Part shown: one piece after another, positions 1 through 12,589 of the stretch
Position numbering within the stretch: position 1 is the stretch's first letter
Layout: each line of letters opens with the position of its first letter
From: Eledone cirrhosa
Lineage: Eukaryota
Assembly (NCBI GenBank): GCA_964016885.1
Contig: OZ024742.1
Location: 123,132,001 to 123,196,000 of the forward strand
DNA: 64,000 nt
Direction: 5' to 3'
Translations under genes and position numbers: made by a program
The notes under the pieces: generated by a model
What the model was told of the DNA's origin: nothing
The model's database searches: none
What the model saw: only the letters and a program-made list of their open reading frames with translations

Positions 1-330
1 GTGTATTACTGGTACTTTATTTTATCGACCCCGTAAGGATGAAAGGCAAAGTTAACCTTAGCGGAATTTGAACACAGAACCTAAGGGCCATACCTGTATG
101 CTGCAAAACATGGTGTCTGACGCACTACCGATTCTCAATGATTAATAATTGTTTCTACTTTTGGCACTAGGCCAGCGATTATTCCATTGCATTACTGGTA
201 TTTTATTTTATCGACCCCGTAAGGATGAAAGGCAAAGTTAACCTCGGGGGGGATTTGAACTCAGAATGGCAAGGGCCGTAACTCTATGCGTCAAAGCATG
301 GCGTTCGACCCTCTACCGATACTGCCAATC
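1..330 (-). mobile_element. Two tandem tRNA-derived SINE copies (first cut by the window edge)
   Basis: Reverse complement of the ~190-bp SINE at 46840-47032, with A-box-like TGGCAGTATCGG, B-box-like GAGTTCAAATCC and core GCCTTTCATCCTTACGGGGTCGATAAAATAAAGTACC. Confidence 0.85.
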
Positions 331-1155
331 ATTTATACTTAACATATTAAACGTTAGCTACTCTGTTATCTCTATTTATCTCACCTGACTGACAGGTTGA
401 CAACTAATATATACAAACGTAAAAGGTTTCAGTTTTGTACTCTTTTCAAAATTTTTCTTAATAATTTAAATTGAAATTAAATATAGATAACATTTTAACA
501 AAATTAAAAGCTATTGATAATGTTGCCTTTCACTTTTATGGTGTCTTTTCATTTTAATTTGTTTTCCTTATAAACACAAAGTGAAAAGAAAACGTTCACC
601 AAAACATAAATATATCAAAAAGAAATTGATATTAAATGAATTGGTACCAGGAAAGATATGTGAGTTTCTATGATTATAAAATAGAAATATCATTAAGTTT
701 CGTGAGTAGAAAAATATATAACATAAGAGAAATTGCGGCACAAGTCAGAGCATTTTAATCAATTTGAGAAAACAAATACAAGTATACAACCCACACATTG
801 ACAGACACATGAATATTCATACGTACATATATATATATATATATATATATTGTTATACTTTGGGAGGGTCATATATATAAGAGTGTATGTGTGGATGGGT
901 GAATGTATGTATTGATTGATATATATATACTTATCAATGTATGGATCCAAATATATGCATAAAACATCACCACCGCTTCCGTAGGCACATGTCGTGTGTA
1001 GGCTTGTCCTTACTATGTTGGCGTATCTCTCTGTAATGGTGAAAAGCTTTGACAGTAAGGCAAAACATCTTTAATTTAAAGGGGTTGATAGACGCGCAAA
1101 AGAGTTCATACTCGCTAATGAGTTGACAGTAGTTATGTATATGTGTGTGTGTGTG

Positions 1156-1194
<39 letters not shown>

Positions 1195-1232
1195 ATGTGT
1201 GTGTGCGTGTACGTGGGTGTGTGTGCGCGTTT

Positions 1233-1273
<41 letters not shown>

Positions 1274-1348
1274 CATGCTCTGGGAGGGTCATGTTGCCAA
1301 TAACACACGTTTTCAGATAAAGAACCTTGCTAAACACATTCAGAAACG

Positions 1349-1390
<42 letters not shown>

Positions 1391-1917
1391 TATATACACA
1401 CACAAACATATATATTTGTTGTGTGAAAGAGAAACAGAGAGAGAAAAAGAGAGAGAGAAAGAGAGAGAGAGATAGAGAGAGAGGGTGGAGTCATCGAATC
1501 AGATATGGACATATTCTTTTTTTTTTTTTTTTTTTCGTTTTTGATTTTTCAATAAATATTTCCTTAAATGAAAGCAACGAATAAAGATTTGTCTGAAATG
1601 TTGCTTTGATCATATAGGTGTATTAACATTTGTTAGTGACAACATATGTTATACAGTTATTGGCGAGTGATTAGTTGTTAACATCTGTAACATCATAAAA
1701 TGAAAGATATAGTTTGATCTTAGCGACGATAAATAACAGATGATTGTCATAAATTTGCTGTCATTTTTACGACACTCTTCGACTGTCAAAATGTTTATAG
1801 TGGCTGCAGTTTTATGGGGGAGACTTCCGAGGGATATTTGTGGAGAAAGCCCATTAAAAGACCACAGTGTCTCTGACCACCAGGGCAAGTGCCCTCTCCC
1901 AGTGTTCCACCTTTAAT

Positions 1918-4601
1918 TTACAGACACATACTCAGAGAAGGCCCATTCATTCGGGCCATACTTGCTTCTCTCACCCATCTTTCAACAAAATGCTGGGAAG
2001 AGAGCACTTCCGTCTCTACCCTGATTTTCCTTTTCAAATAAAATTTGAAAAAGTTAATCAGGGCATCACCAAAGAGGTAAGTGCTCGTCTTCAGCCCTTT
2101 CAAACGTGTCCACCATATTATCTCTTTCGCCATGGCCACAAGACAGATAAAAACTGCCTGCCATTCCCGGCTAAAGGAAGAGGGCGGGGCAATCCTCACG
2201 ATCGACTCAGCTGATAGCTGGATCCGTCCTACACGTGACACCACGTGTTCGACATAAACCCACAAGTCAGCAATTACTTGGACACTGGACGAGTGCGTGC
2301 AGGACGGTTTCGTCGCCCTTTGCGAATCTCGGACATGCCCGGCTGACGGCACCTCCATGCCTGTAGAGTTTATCTCGAACTGGCAAAGCTCCCCGGTTGC
2401 ACTGCCAGGCCAGGGATTTCTGGAAGTTGTCCATAGTCCCCGGCCCGAAAGTTCTTCCGAAGAGATTGGCTAGTTGATTTTCGTCGACGCCTATAGTTTC
2501 TCCAAGTACGTCGTCGCTCTTCCCCTCCACTAATCCCCTATAGAACGCCCAGGTGGAGTTTCCACCGATCACATTGCCCGATTGGTCGAGGGCTGTGAGC
2601 GCCTGAAGACATTCCAGTCTCCAAGCGCTCCCTCTCGGTCTTCGCTTGACCAAGGACTGCAGCTCTGTCAAGGAGACGAGCTGGGGAAAAACGTGTCTAG
2701 CAAACGGCGACCACACCTGATCACCGTCGAGGAAGAGGTGGAGATGTCGTAGCCTGAGCGCGTGTCTGCGCATCATCAGCCCCTGGGTATGCCATGGCTG
2801 ATGATACGCAGACACGCGCTCAGCCTACGACATCTCCACCTCCACGATCTAAATTGATCAAGGACCCACCAGGTTCCCTAGCTACCCTCTCTACGATGTA
2901 TCGCATGAGGTGGAGGTTGTCGTGGATGGATCTGTCGGGAATGGCGCATGTCTGCGCCTCTCCCACCAGACCACCAACGACAAGCGCCAATCTCTTTGCT
3001 AGCACCTTAGCCACAATCTTGAACTCTGTGTTTAGCAGAGTTATGGGCCGGAAATTATCTATGTTATCCTCCTTGTTCGGATCCTTTCTCAGCAGTGCCA
3101 CCGCTCCTCGGCTCACAGAACTGGGAATTCTCCCGTTCTGTTGCGAGTTGCAGTAGACGTCCACCAAGAGGCCTCCGAACAAGTCTGGCATCTGTACGTA
3201 AAGTTCATAGGGCAGACCATCCAAACCAGGCGATTTACCCCTTGTGCAGCCAGTCATTGCCTCCCTTAGTTCAGCGGCTGTTATCGGCTTTTCGCAACAC
3301 TCCGCCTCAGTGGCCGAGAGCCGCGGCAGTCCGTCGAGGTAGACACTAAAGTCCATCCCTCGACCCGGCTCACCGCTGCCCCCGAACAGCTGAGCGAAGT
3401 GTCGCTGAAAAGCTTCACACATTTGCCCGGGATCGAGTAGCATGCGCCCGTCGTGGTCCACCAAAGACCGGATCGTGGCTTTGTTGCCACGACACGCCTC
3501 CGCCACTCGGGCCCATTGAACGGCTTTCGTCCCCTCGTGTCTGAGAGCACGCACCCTTGCTCTGACAACGCAGCCTTCGTGCTTTGCATTGAAGAATTGG
3601 TCAAGGGCCAATTTCGCCGCAAGCACGTCGGTCGCAATGCCTTTGCTAAGCGCCTCGTCTAATTTTCTAACTAGTTCTCCCTCTGCTCTATTTTTCTTAA
3701 TTGCTAAAGCCTTACTAAACCTAATGGATTCTATTCTAATCGCTCTTTTCAGAGCAAACCACGTCTTGTTGTTGACGATGGCCCCCGTCAACGCCCGCTT
3801 AACTAGTTCGCTAATCCGGTCTCTGTAGGCCTTGCGCGCTGGTAAGGACGCGTTTAGCTTCCAGTAGCCGGGTCCTCGTCTATGAAGCCTATCTAATTCA
3901 AGCACACAGATCACGAATTTGTGGTCCGTGTAGCTGACTATCTTGAATTGTGGACAGCCTATGCTAGACCTATCTATTTCCCTACAAAATACTCTATCTA
4001 GATATGATCTGGATGACCCTATGCGATTTGTCCAAGTCCACATTGGCACATTCGGGAAATCCAATCGGTACCTGTCAGACAGTTCAAAACGCCTGAGCAG
4101 GTTGGTGAGGCTCTTGCACCCTCCACCCCTATCCGCTAATCCCACACAGTCCCAGCGTGCATCTAAGATCCCGTTCCAGTCGCCCACTAACACTAAAGAG
4201 GGGGACGTTCCAAGAAAGGTCTCCAGACGCCGGAAGAAATCAGGCCGCCCTGCTCCTGTCGGGGCATAGACGGCCACTAGCCTGAAAGCTTGCCCGTCTC
4301 CGCTGGTCACATCCAGCACCACCAGCTTACCCTCTGGGTCCAGGAAGATGGCCCGTATGGCGAGATCCAAACCTCTCCGAAAAAGCACAGCAACTCCTCC
4401 CCCCGATCTAGGACGGCTGGGAGATGCGTACACATCGTAGCCGCCAAAGATCGGTGCGAAGGCCCGTGCTTCGGAGATTCTGGTCTCGCTGATGGCCACT
4501 ACATCTATGTTTAGTGACCTGAGGTCGTTAAGCAGGTGACCCTGCTTCCATGACGACCCCAAGCCACGCGCATTTATGCTGCCTATTATGAGTGAGGTCA
4601 T
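1918..4601 (-). pseudogene. Copy A ORF2 (APE endonuclease-RT-zinc finger) with ~0.8 kb of RT core deleted and a frameshift near 2270
   Basis: APE motifs NARGL, ETR, GDWN, YLDR and TDH and RT motifs PGLDG and FRPITLLN are present. Homology breaks after LINLD (no SKAFD, QGCPLS or YADD) and resumes at LMMRRHALRL. Zinc-finger CPRC is changed to CPRF. Confidence 0.92.
2735..2842. repeat. 47-bp-arm inverted repeat at the deletion junction of copy A
   Basis: 2735-2781 versus 2796-2842, with 2 mismatches and a 14-nt loop. Confidence 0.95.
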
Positions 4602-4636
4602 GTTTAAAATAGAGTGGAAAAGATGGGTAAGACCAC

Positions 4637-6732
4637 TTACCGTACTTTTCGTAGAGGAGGGATGGTTTTTACATCCCTTTTCACTTGATCGTCTGGTGAA
4701 GGGTCCGTTGAATCGTCCCTTCGGCTGGTCGTCGGCTCTTCTAAGAGAATGTCTGAATATACTCTTCGATTGATAGTTCCTCGTAGGTCCCTGAAATCAC
4801 CAACTGCGTTGGGGAATTTCGTTTTAATGTTTGTGTATTGCTTCTGTGCTATTTTTAGCAGTCTTATGTTAGTTGGCGTTTTGATTGGTGCTGGTATTAT
4901 GTAGTCCTGTTGTGAAATGTCTGTGTGTTCAATTATGTAAGTCATTAGTTTCTTGTTGTGTGTATTTATTTCCGTGCATTTGTTTTTCTGGGGGTGGGGT
5001 GTGGTTCTGCTATTTTCTTGTCGTTGTTACTGGGTGTGTGTGTTTTGTTGTGTTTGCGATGTTGGTGCTTGTGGTGGTGGTGTTGAAGGTGTTGTTGGCG
5101 GTGGGGTTGTCGCCGGTGGTGATGGTGGTGCTAGTGTGGGTGGTGATGGTGTTGGTGGTGTTGCTGCTGTGGGTCTCTTTGCAGTAGACTTTACCCTTTT
5201 CTCATTTCTTTCCTCTCTTTTCAAAGGCGACGATGCACTGCTTCTGCGTTTGTGCCTTCTTACGACCTTTTGCCATCCCTCTCCCACCTCACACTCCATG
5301 TCTGATTCTGTGAGGTCGGGGAGGGGTACCAGCTCCACTCTTTCACTTGTTGTTGTTGGTGATGTTTGCACTGGAGTCTCTGTTGCAGCTGCATTTGGTA
5401 TTGCTGTTGTTGTTGTTAATATTTTCACTGCTGCTGCTGTTTTTGATTTCCGTGGCGTGGGTATGGGTGCCACGGACCTATCGTTCCTGGTTGCCGCTTG
5501 TCCTGTTGCTGGTAGCCGTGGAGCCGGTTTCGGAAGGAGGGGGGTTTTCTCCTTTCTCAGGGTCTTCTCGTTGCAGAAGGCCCTGAGGTGAGTCTTCGAT
5601 CCACAGCGAAAGCATTTCGGGCGTTTGCCCTCAACACTTATGGGCAGTTGAGTGCCGTTATCGAAGTCAATCACATCCGGGATAGCTTCGATGCACTCCT
5701 GGTTGGTTTGGATTAGCATCTCAATGGAGGTGCCGACCCAATCTTCTCTTACTTTTTTCTGTACTTGCAGGACAGTTGTTTTGTCCTCGATTCCGACGAG
5801 GACAGACGCGGCCAGCCAAGAAGGGGCCATTCCGGGGGGGACGTGGGTCAGTTTGCCCCTCACAATTTTTTGCCCGCAGTAGGAGGGCACCAACACCATT
5901 TCCTCGCTCCTTAGGGTCACTACGGATTGGGCCTTTGCCTCCTGGGGTGTGGCAAAAAGTACATCTACGGTGGCATATTTTTTTGGCCTCGGGTGATGTG
6001 CGTTTTCCGCTGCCACACAGACCCCAAGGCTTTTTGTATTTGGGCCTCTGTGGCTCTTTCCACCCTACGGGATTTTGTACTTACTGTACGGTACGTGACC
6101 GTACAGTGCTGTTGGGTTTCGAAAAATGTTTCCCCTGCCTTGCAGATTGCTCGGTGTCCATTCTTTGTCACCATCTTCTTCGCTTCCTCTAATTGCTCAT
6201 TTGTTATGAGGATTGTTTCCAAGTTTTTCGCAATACCTGCAAATGAGATTGGTTTTTCTTTGCTGCTGTTGTTGTTGTCGTCGTCAGAGCTGCTGTTACT
6301 GTTGTTGTTGCTGCAGGTACTACGACTACTGCCTTCGCCGCTGTTGCTGTGGTTGTTATTGGTGTTGCTAATGCTGTTGTTGTTTATGCTGCTGGTGATG
6401 CTGTTGCGGCTGCTACTGTTGTTTTCATTTTCACTGTTGCTGTTGTTATTACGGCTGCTACTGCTATTATTCCTGACGTCAGACGAATGAACTGGGTTTT
6501 CGTATTTCCCGCACACCTGTTTCGTCGCTGTCGTCGTCGTCGTGGAGAAACCTTGCACGCTTTGCACGAGACTTTTCTTTTCTTTCGTCGCTTGCGAAAG
6601 AGAAGGGAGGGAGAGAGACACATTTAAAGAAGGGAGGGAGAGAGACAATCTTCTCTCTGCTGTAGTGATGATTGAGGAAGAAGAAGACGGAATGAGTGGG
6701 AGTGACCTATGCAAATTCTTTTTCGTAGCCAT
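4637..6732 (-). pseudogene. Copy A ORF1 (gag-like CCHC protein) with one frameshift (~5980, A7 run) and one in-frame TAA (5027-5029)
   Basis: Knuckle ISVEGKRPKCFRCGSKTHLRAFC. ORFs 5027-6016 and 4637-4945 share a frame, and the gap reads INTHNKKLM, matching INTRNKKLL (D) and INTENKTLM (C). Confidence 0.85.
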
Positions 6733-6947
6733 GTTGATTTTTTTGTTTAAAATAAATATTGGGTGCAAAACCCCAATAAGCAGTTATTTAACCCCGAAGG
6801 GCCAAATAACGGACAGAAAGACCCCTCTCACGAGGAGGAGGGTGTTTTTGTCTACAAGTTGGTCTAAGTTTTAAACAATTTACAATTGTTATAGCGTTCA
6901 AAATTTACAGTACCTTACAGAGCCGAGCCTCCGTCAACCATAGCATT

Positions 6948-6948
6948 C

Positions 6949-6980
<32 letters not shown>

Positions 6981-7176
6981 TAATAATAATTGTTTCTACT
7001 TTTGGGCACAATGCCAGAAATTAACCAGTGCATTACTGGTGCTTATATTTTATCGACCCCCGTAAGGATGAATAACAAAGTTAACGTGGCAGGATTTGAA
7101 CTCAGAACGTAAAGGGACATAACTCTATGCTGCAAACATGGCGTAACGCCTTACCGATACTGCCAATCCACCGCCT
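6948..7176 (-). mobile_element. tRNA-derived SINE with (ATT)n tail
   Basis: Same family as 46840-47032. Its tail runs directly into the 5' end of copy A. Confidence 0.85.
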
Positions 7177-7180
7177 GATG

Positions 7181-7300
7181 ATTTCTTTATTGGCCACAAG
7201 GACTGACATCAAGAAAAACATTACAGACGGCACAGGACGGCACAGGGCGGTACAGGACGGCACAGGACGGTACGATGTGGGTTTTGCGCGTGTAAAGATT
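7181..7300 (-). mobile_element. Short retroposon 3' end with a Tx1-like terminus and a 10-bp tandem repeat
   Basis: Ends TGTGGCCAATAAAGAAAT on the minus strand, like B and C (TGTGGCTAATAAAGAAAT). About 5 copies of CACAGGACGG at 7226-7273. Confidence 0.5.
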
Positions 7301-7335
7301 TTTATTATTTATATAAGAAAAGTAGAAACATATAT

Positions 7336-7418
7336 AAGAAGAAGAAGAAGAAGAAGAAAAAGAAAAAGAAGAAGAAGAAGAAGAAGAAGAAGAAGAAGAA
7401 GAAGAAGAAGAAGAAGAT
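7336..7418. repeat. (GAA)n microsatellite
   Basis: Direct reading. Confidence 0.95.
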
Positions 7419-7524
7419 AATGGGGGAAAGTGACGGATTTATATGTATATATATATAAAGGATCGATCGGCTTTCGTCAAATCGGACGGAGAAAACGTTG
7501 CTCGTACTATTTATCGGTCGAAAC

Positions 7525-7642
7525 ACCAGGTAGAAGGAACAACGTGAAATAAAGTGTCTTGCTCAAGGACATAACGCATCGCCCGACACTACAACCTTAA
7601 CATTGCGAATCCAATTCTGTAACCACACAGCCACACGCCTTC
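7525..7642 (-). mobile_element. Second SINE-like family, degenerate
   Basis: AAGTGTCTTGCTCAAGGACA core and a GGCGTGTGGCTGTGTGGTTA A-box-like head on the minus strand. A related remnant lies near 9925-9985. Confidence 0.5.
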
Positions 7643-8954
7643 CTGATGATTTCCCACGAATGAAACAGTTCTAGCCCTGTAGAAGCCTTTCTATACTAAA
7701 TATATATATATATATATATACGTGTGTGTGTGTGTGTGTTTATTACAACTCATTGAATGAAGGAGTTTCTAGCATCTTCATATCCACTTTTACATTTTTT
7801 ATTATTATTCTCCGACCCTGCCATCTAACCTCTAATATACAATATTTTTTCTATGTATTTGTTTCAGACTATACTTCTTTACAAAGTTTTACCCTCTTCA
7901 CATCTAATGTTCCATTACTGAATACAAATATCTATAAGAATTTCTTTTTCTTTCTTGTTTCGTTATTTATTCTTTTTCATATCTCATTCGTCAAGCTATT
8001 TATTATTTTTTCTTCAAATGTCAGAAGAACATCCGAAATAGATTCTGGTATAAGTGTGATTTAGAAACACTCGTTGCTAAGTTCTAGTCAATTCAATTAC
8101 TATTACAGCTGAAAGCAATATGTTATCAAGTGCAGAAAATTACCTTTTGGGAAGTGGAATTATATCTTTTCTCCTTATTTAGTAATATTAATAAAGTTAT
8201 GAAACGATAAAGAAAGATATTGAAGTATTTAACTTTTCCTCTGTCTGCCTCTTTTTTCTCAAAGACGCTAGGGTTTGTTTGTGATTAATTTCTCTCTGTC
8301 TATCTCTCAGACACTATCTCTCTTCCCCATATCTCCCTCTCCTCTTTTTTTTTTCGTTTTTCGTTTTTCTCTTTCTGGATTCAATAAACATGATGAATAC
8401 CAGTAATATACTATCTCCTCAGAATTTATATTCATTTGATAATTCATTATATAATATGCGTGAATGTATTGCCAGGAGCGTAATCGTAAAAAAATAGTAC
8501 AGTATTTAGTACTTTCAATATTCAGGGTTCAAAGTGTCATAATAATCCAAATTTAACTTCCCATTTTCTACTCTGAGTGTGAAGAGATTAAATAATATTA
8601 ATATCAAGTGTAGCCATCCTCTTATATAGCAACAGAAGTTTATAGAGTACAACGAAACTTGTGATGGATTACTGCACAAAAACCTCATGTGGAATGAAAA
8701 GTGGTCTCTGACGATGTTTCGTAAATAATTAACTTGTCTACATATTATTAATATACACATGTTTTTTATGTGTCTTTTTTGGTAAACAAAGCAAACAAAA
8801 TATACATTTTCGATTTTGGATTCCTTTCTATTCTAGATATATAAAATATCTTCAAGCAAACATTCATTCGCGATTATTTAAATGATATAAAATTGTAAAC
8901 ACGATGTTGTTAATAAAAAGCTAACATTTATCATGTCATAATAAGCATATATAT

Positions 8955-9028
<74 letters not shown>

Positions 9029-11109
9029 ATGTGTATGTGTATGTGTGTGTGTGTGTATACATATATATATATATACATACACAAACACACACGCACACAC
9101 ACATACTCACACACACATACACACATACTCACATACACATACACACACACACACATACACACACACACACACACATAACACACACAACATGACACACACA
9201 GAGATAGAAAAACAATTAACGTTATTAGTTTCACACTATGGGTGAAAGAGAGACTGAAAAGTTCAACGTAGCGGATTTTAGCCCGTCCCCAGGAGAGTAC
9301 AAGTAGAAAAATTTGTAAAAAGTACTTTTAGAAATAAATAAAGTGTGTTGTTCCTATTTCTGTGTGTGTATGAGTGTGTATGTTTCATATACATTTCTCA
9401 GTGTATGTTCCTGTCTTCCTTCTACTCGTCTGCTCTCTATAATATTCTCTCAGTGTAAGTTTCATATTCATTTCTCAGTGTATGTTCCTGTCTTCCTTCT
9501 ACTAGTCTACTCTCTAATATTTTGCTTGCACTCAGTTCTCCTATCAAGTTTTCATAAGTTTTCAATACCATTTTTATCTTTCTCCTCAACTCCTACTTAA
9601 AACAAAACATAAGGGCTCTTCTAACCAGCAATTGTGACAATTTGTAACTCAGTATTCAAGCAATTCTATATTTAGCCTTATTATTATTCTCCAACCCTTC
9701 CTCCTGAATCCGTTGTTGGTTTATGTATGCTGGTTGTAGACATCCTTTCCAAGAAGCCAATTGTTTCATGTAGTGTTCATGTTTTCGAATTATTAGCTCA
9801 GGCTGTGGGGGACTATTAAATCAAAGTGTTTTCTAAGCCGGTTTCCTTAAGCGACTGAGATTTCAAGTTCTGCCTGGATAGGACGCCGCTCTATTGAGGG
9901 TTTAACTCCCCAACTTCAGCTTATTGTACTGGAGCAACGTGAAGATCACAACGCAGGAATCGAACCGACGACTTAGGCCATAACTCTTCATGGTGACTAT
10001 CCGGGATATAAAAGCATAACACAAAGAGCTGTAACAGTTATCGCAAGGCATCTCATCCGATGTTCTAACAGACCTAACGATGCGCCGACCTGAATTGGTA
10101 TATTAATTATTGACACTGAAAGGGTGAAAGCCAAAATTAGCCTCAAATTAATCTTCAGCGTAACTCAAGATATTTTCACCAGAAAAAAAAACATTTGAAT
10201 GTTCATCGTAAAACAATTGTATAATGAAAGATGTTGGTTACATTCGTGTTCGTATTCCTATTAATACTTATAATCTCTGGCAAATATATTAACATTATGA
10301 TTCTTATTATGGTTTTCTTCCCAATTTGCTTTCTCATCACGATCATTATATTTATCTTCATCGATGTTTTACGGAAACTAGTAATTCTTTCAATAACGAA
10401 TGCATCATCAGATATGGCAGTGGCAACAAGCAGAAGTAATAGTAGAAACAGCACCAGCTTTTGTTTCCGTGGACAATAAATATGATAAGTTTCAATTGGT
10501 TTTGACTGCAGCAACTTTTAAAGCGAAAAGCCAGAGCAACCTGTAAAAGGCAAAGCCAAATATAGAAAGTGTAAACTATTCCAAAGACAAAAAGAAAGTA
10601 AAATGACAAAAACTAATCGGTAAATAGAGAATTATAGCAGACAAACGAAATAAATAACCGAATAAGTCAGCAGGTTTATGTGAACGTATCTAGAACGCGA
10701 AAGAAAAGCCGATTACATGAGATAGTAGAAAACTGACAGAAATACTTGACGGAAGGAATAGGTGAAAGACTAGGCGTGAAGATGTGAAGACATGAAAGTA
10801 TATGAAACAAGTGTTGTACTTGAAAACTAACTACAGATGATATTTGTAACTGACCGTAATAGCTGTCTACTTGATCATGATCAATGAAAAGACGAAAGTT
10901 AAAAAAAAAAAAAATGAAATAGGGAATGTAGAAAAATAAAAAAGAAAGATGGTAGGAGAGGAAGTTAGAAAGTGGAATGAATGTAAAGAAGCATACAGCG
11001 ACTAAAGAAATAAAGGTAAATGTAGAGTGGCTCTTTTATATGAGAACAAAATAAAACAAACGATCTCTGAGTCGATGAAATATATTCCAAATACCATCAC
11101 TAAATCGAC

Positions 11110-11145
11110 AACCAGTACCAGCACTACCACCACCAGAACCACCAG

Positions 11146-11225
<80 letters not shown>

Positions 11226-11255
11226 ATAATAATAATAAGAACAATAATAATAATT
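11110..11255. repeat. (ACC)n/(ACT)n/(AAT)n compound microsatellite
   Basis: Direct reading. Confidence 0.95.
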
Positions 11256-11872
11256 CAGTATGATCGAAGAGTAACATTGCGAAATATTACCAACTTGTCC
11301 TTTTAGTTTCCTGAATACAGCTATTAGTTTCAAATGACAGAAAAAAAGTCGACAGAAAACAATCAATAAGATATTTGAGATGTGTCGACAAAAAGCAGCA
11401 TTGAAAGACATTTCAGGATTCATCGCCTCTAAATTGTTTGTTTGATAACAGAAATATCACATCGATTATCTATTATTTTACTTCTCTCTTTTTTTTCCTA
11501 CCTTTTGGCCAGTCGTACAATGAAGTCATATAAATAAAGATTACAACTTGCACGCTTGCTTTTAATGTAGCACGCACACACACACATACGTACACACATA
11601 TATACATACATACACATACATTCTTACATACACATACATGCTTACAGACACACATATGTATACATACATACATATGTATATACATACATGCTTACCTACA
11701 TACATACATACACACACAATCATACATACACACATGTATATACATTCACACATGCATACCTACATACATACTTACATACACATACATATATACACACATA
11801 CATATACACATATTTTTACTTGTATGAATGTATATATAGACATGTATAAATGTATAAATATATATACATGTA

Positions 11873-11940
<68 letters not shown>

Positions 11941-12019
11941 TATATATGTGTATATATATATATATACACACACACACACATATATATATATATACATGTT
12001 TATAATATATATATGTGTA

Positions 12020-12051
<32 letters not shown>

Positions 12052-12159
12052 CGTGTGCGTAAGTGTGTGTCAACTTGAATGGACCTGTCATTTATATCTA
12101 AAGACATTTATTTTCCAATTCCACCCCACTCGTCCCTTCAATCTATCATATTTGTCATT

Positions 12160-12200
12160 CTTTCTTCTGATGAAGGACTAGCGTCCGAAACGTTAAGACC
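12160..12200 (+). ncRNA. Minimal type I hammerhead ribozyme motif (Penelope-like element type)
   Basis: TCTT-CTGATGA-A-GGAC-TAGC-GTCC-GAAA-CGTT-AAGA: intact core boxes, 4-bp helix II, palindromic ACGT helix III and TCTT/AAGA helix I. Confidence 0.65.
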
Positions 12201-12309
12201 ATCTTCTTGCTATTTTAAGTGTTAACCTAATATATTCCTTCCATATATTGCACCGATTGAATTGCTATTTATGTTTACTTTTTACACACACACACACACA
12301 CACCTACAC

Positions 12310-12394
<85 letters not shown>

Positions 12395-12472
12395 GGAAAA
12401 ATTTGAACAGGAACAAAACAGAGAGGCAGTACAACGAATGTTTATTAATTTCACGCTCTGGAGAGTGGGGTG

Positions 12473-12512
<40 letters not shown>

Positions 12513-12589
12513 GCATACACACACACACTCACACACACACACACACACATACACACACACATACAGACACACACATATATATATATATA

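Larger units (their letters stand above)
1810..6945 (-). mobile_element. L1/Tx1-clade non-LTR retrotransposon, copy A (divergent subfamily, defective; 3' end uncertain)
   Basis: ORF1 with a CCHC knuckle followed by an APE-RT ORF2 homologous to copies B-D. The 5' end abuts an (AAT)n tract. Confidence 0.92.

Noticed and set aside
1518-1535. T-run as the poly(A) tail of copy A
   Set aside because: It lies ~380 nt past the ORF2 stop with no AATAAA before it and no TSD matching the 5' flank, so A's 3' end is left unresolved.
5978-5984. Programmed -1 frameshift (A AAA AAT) in copy A ORF1
   Set aside because: B, C and D are continuous here and A has other lesions, so a homopolymer indel is simpler.
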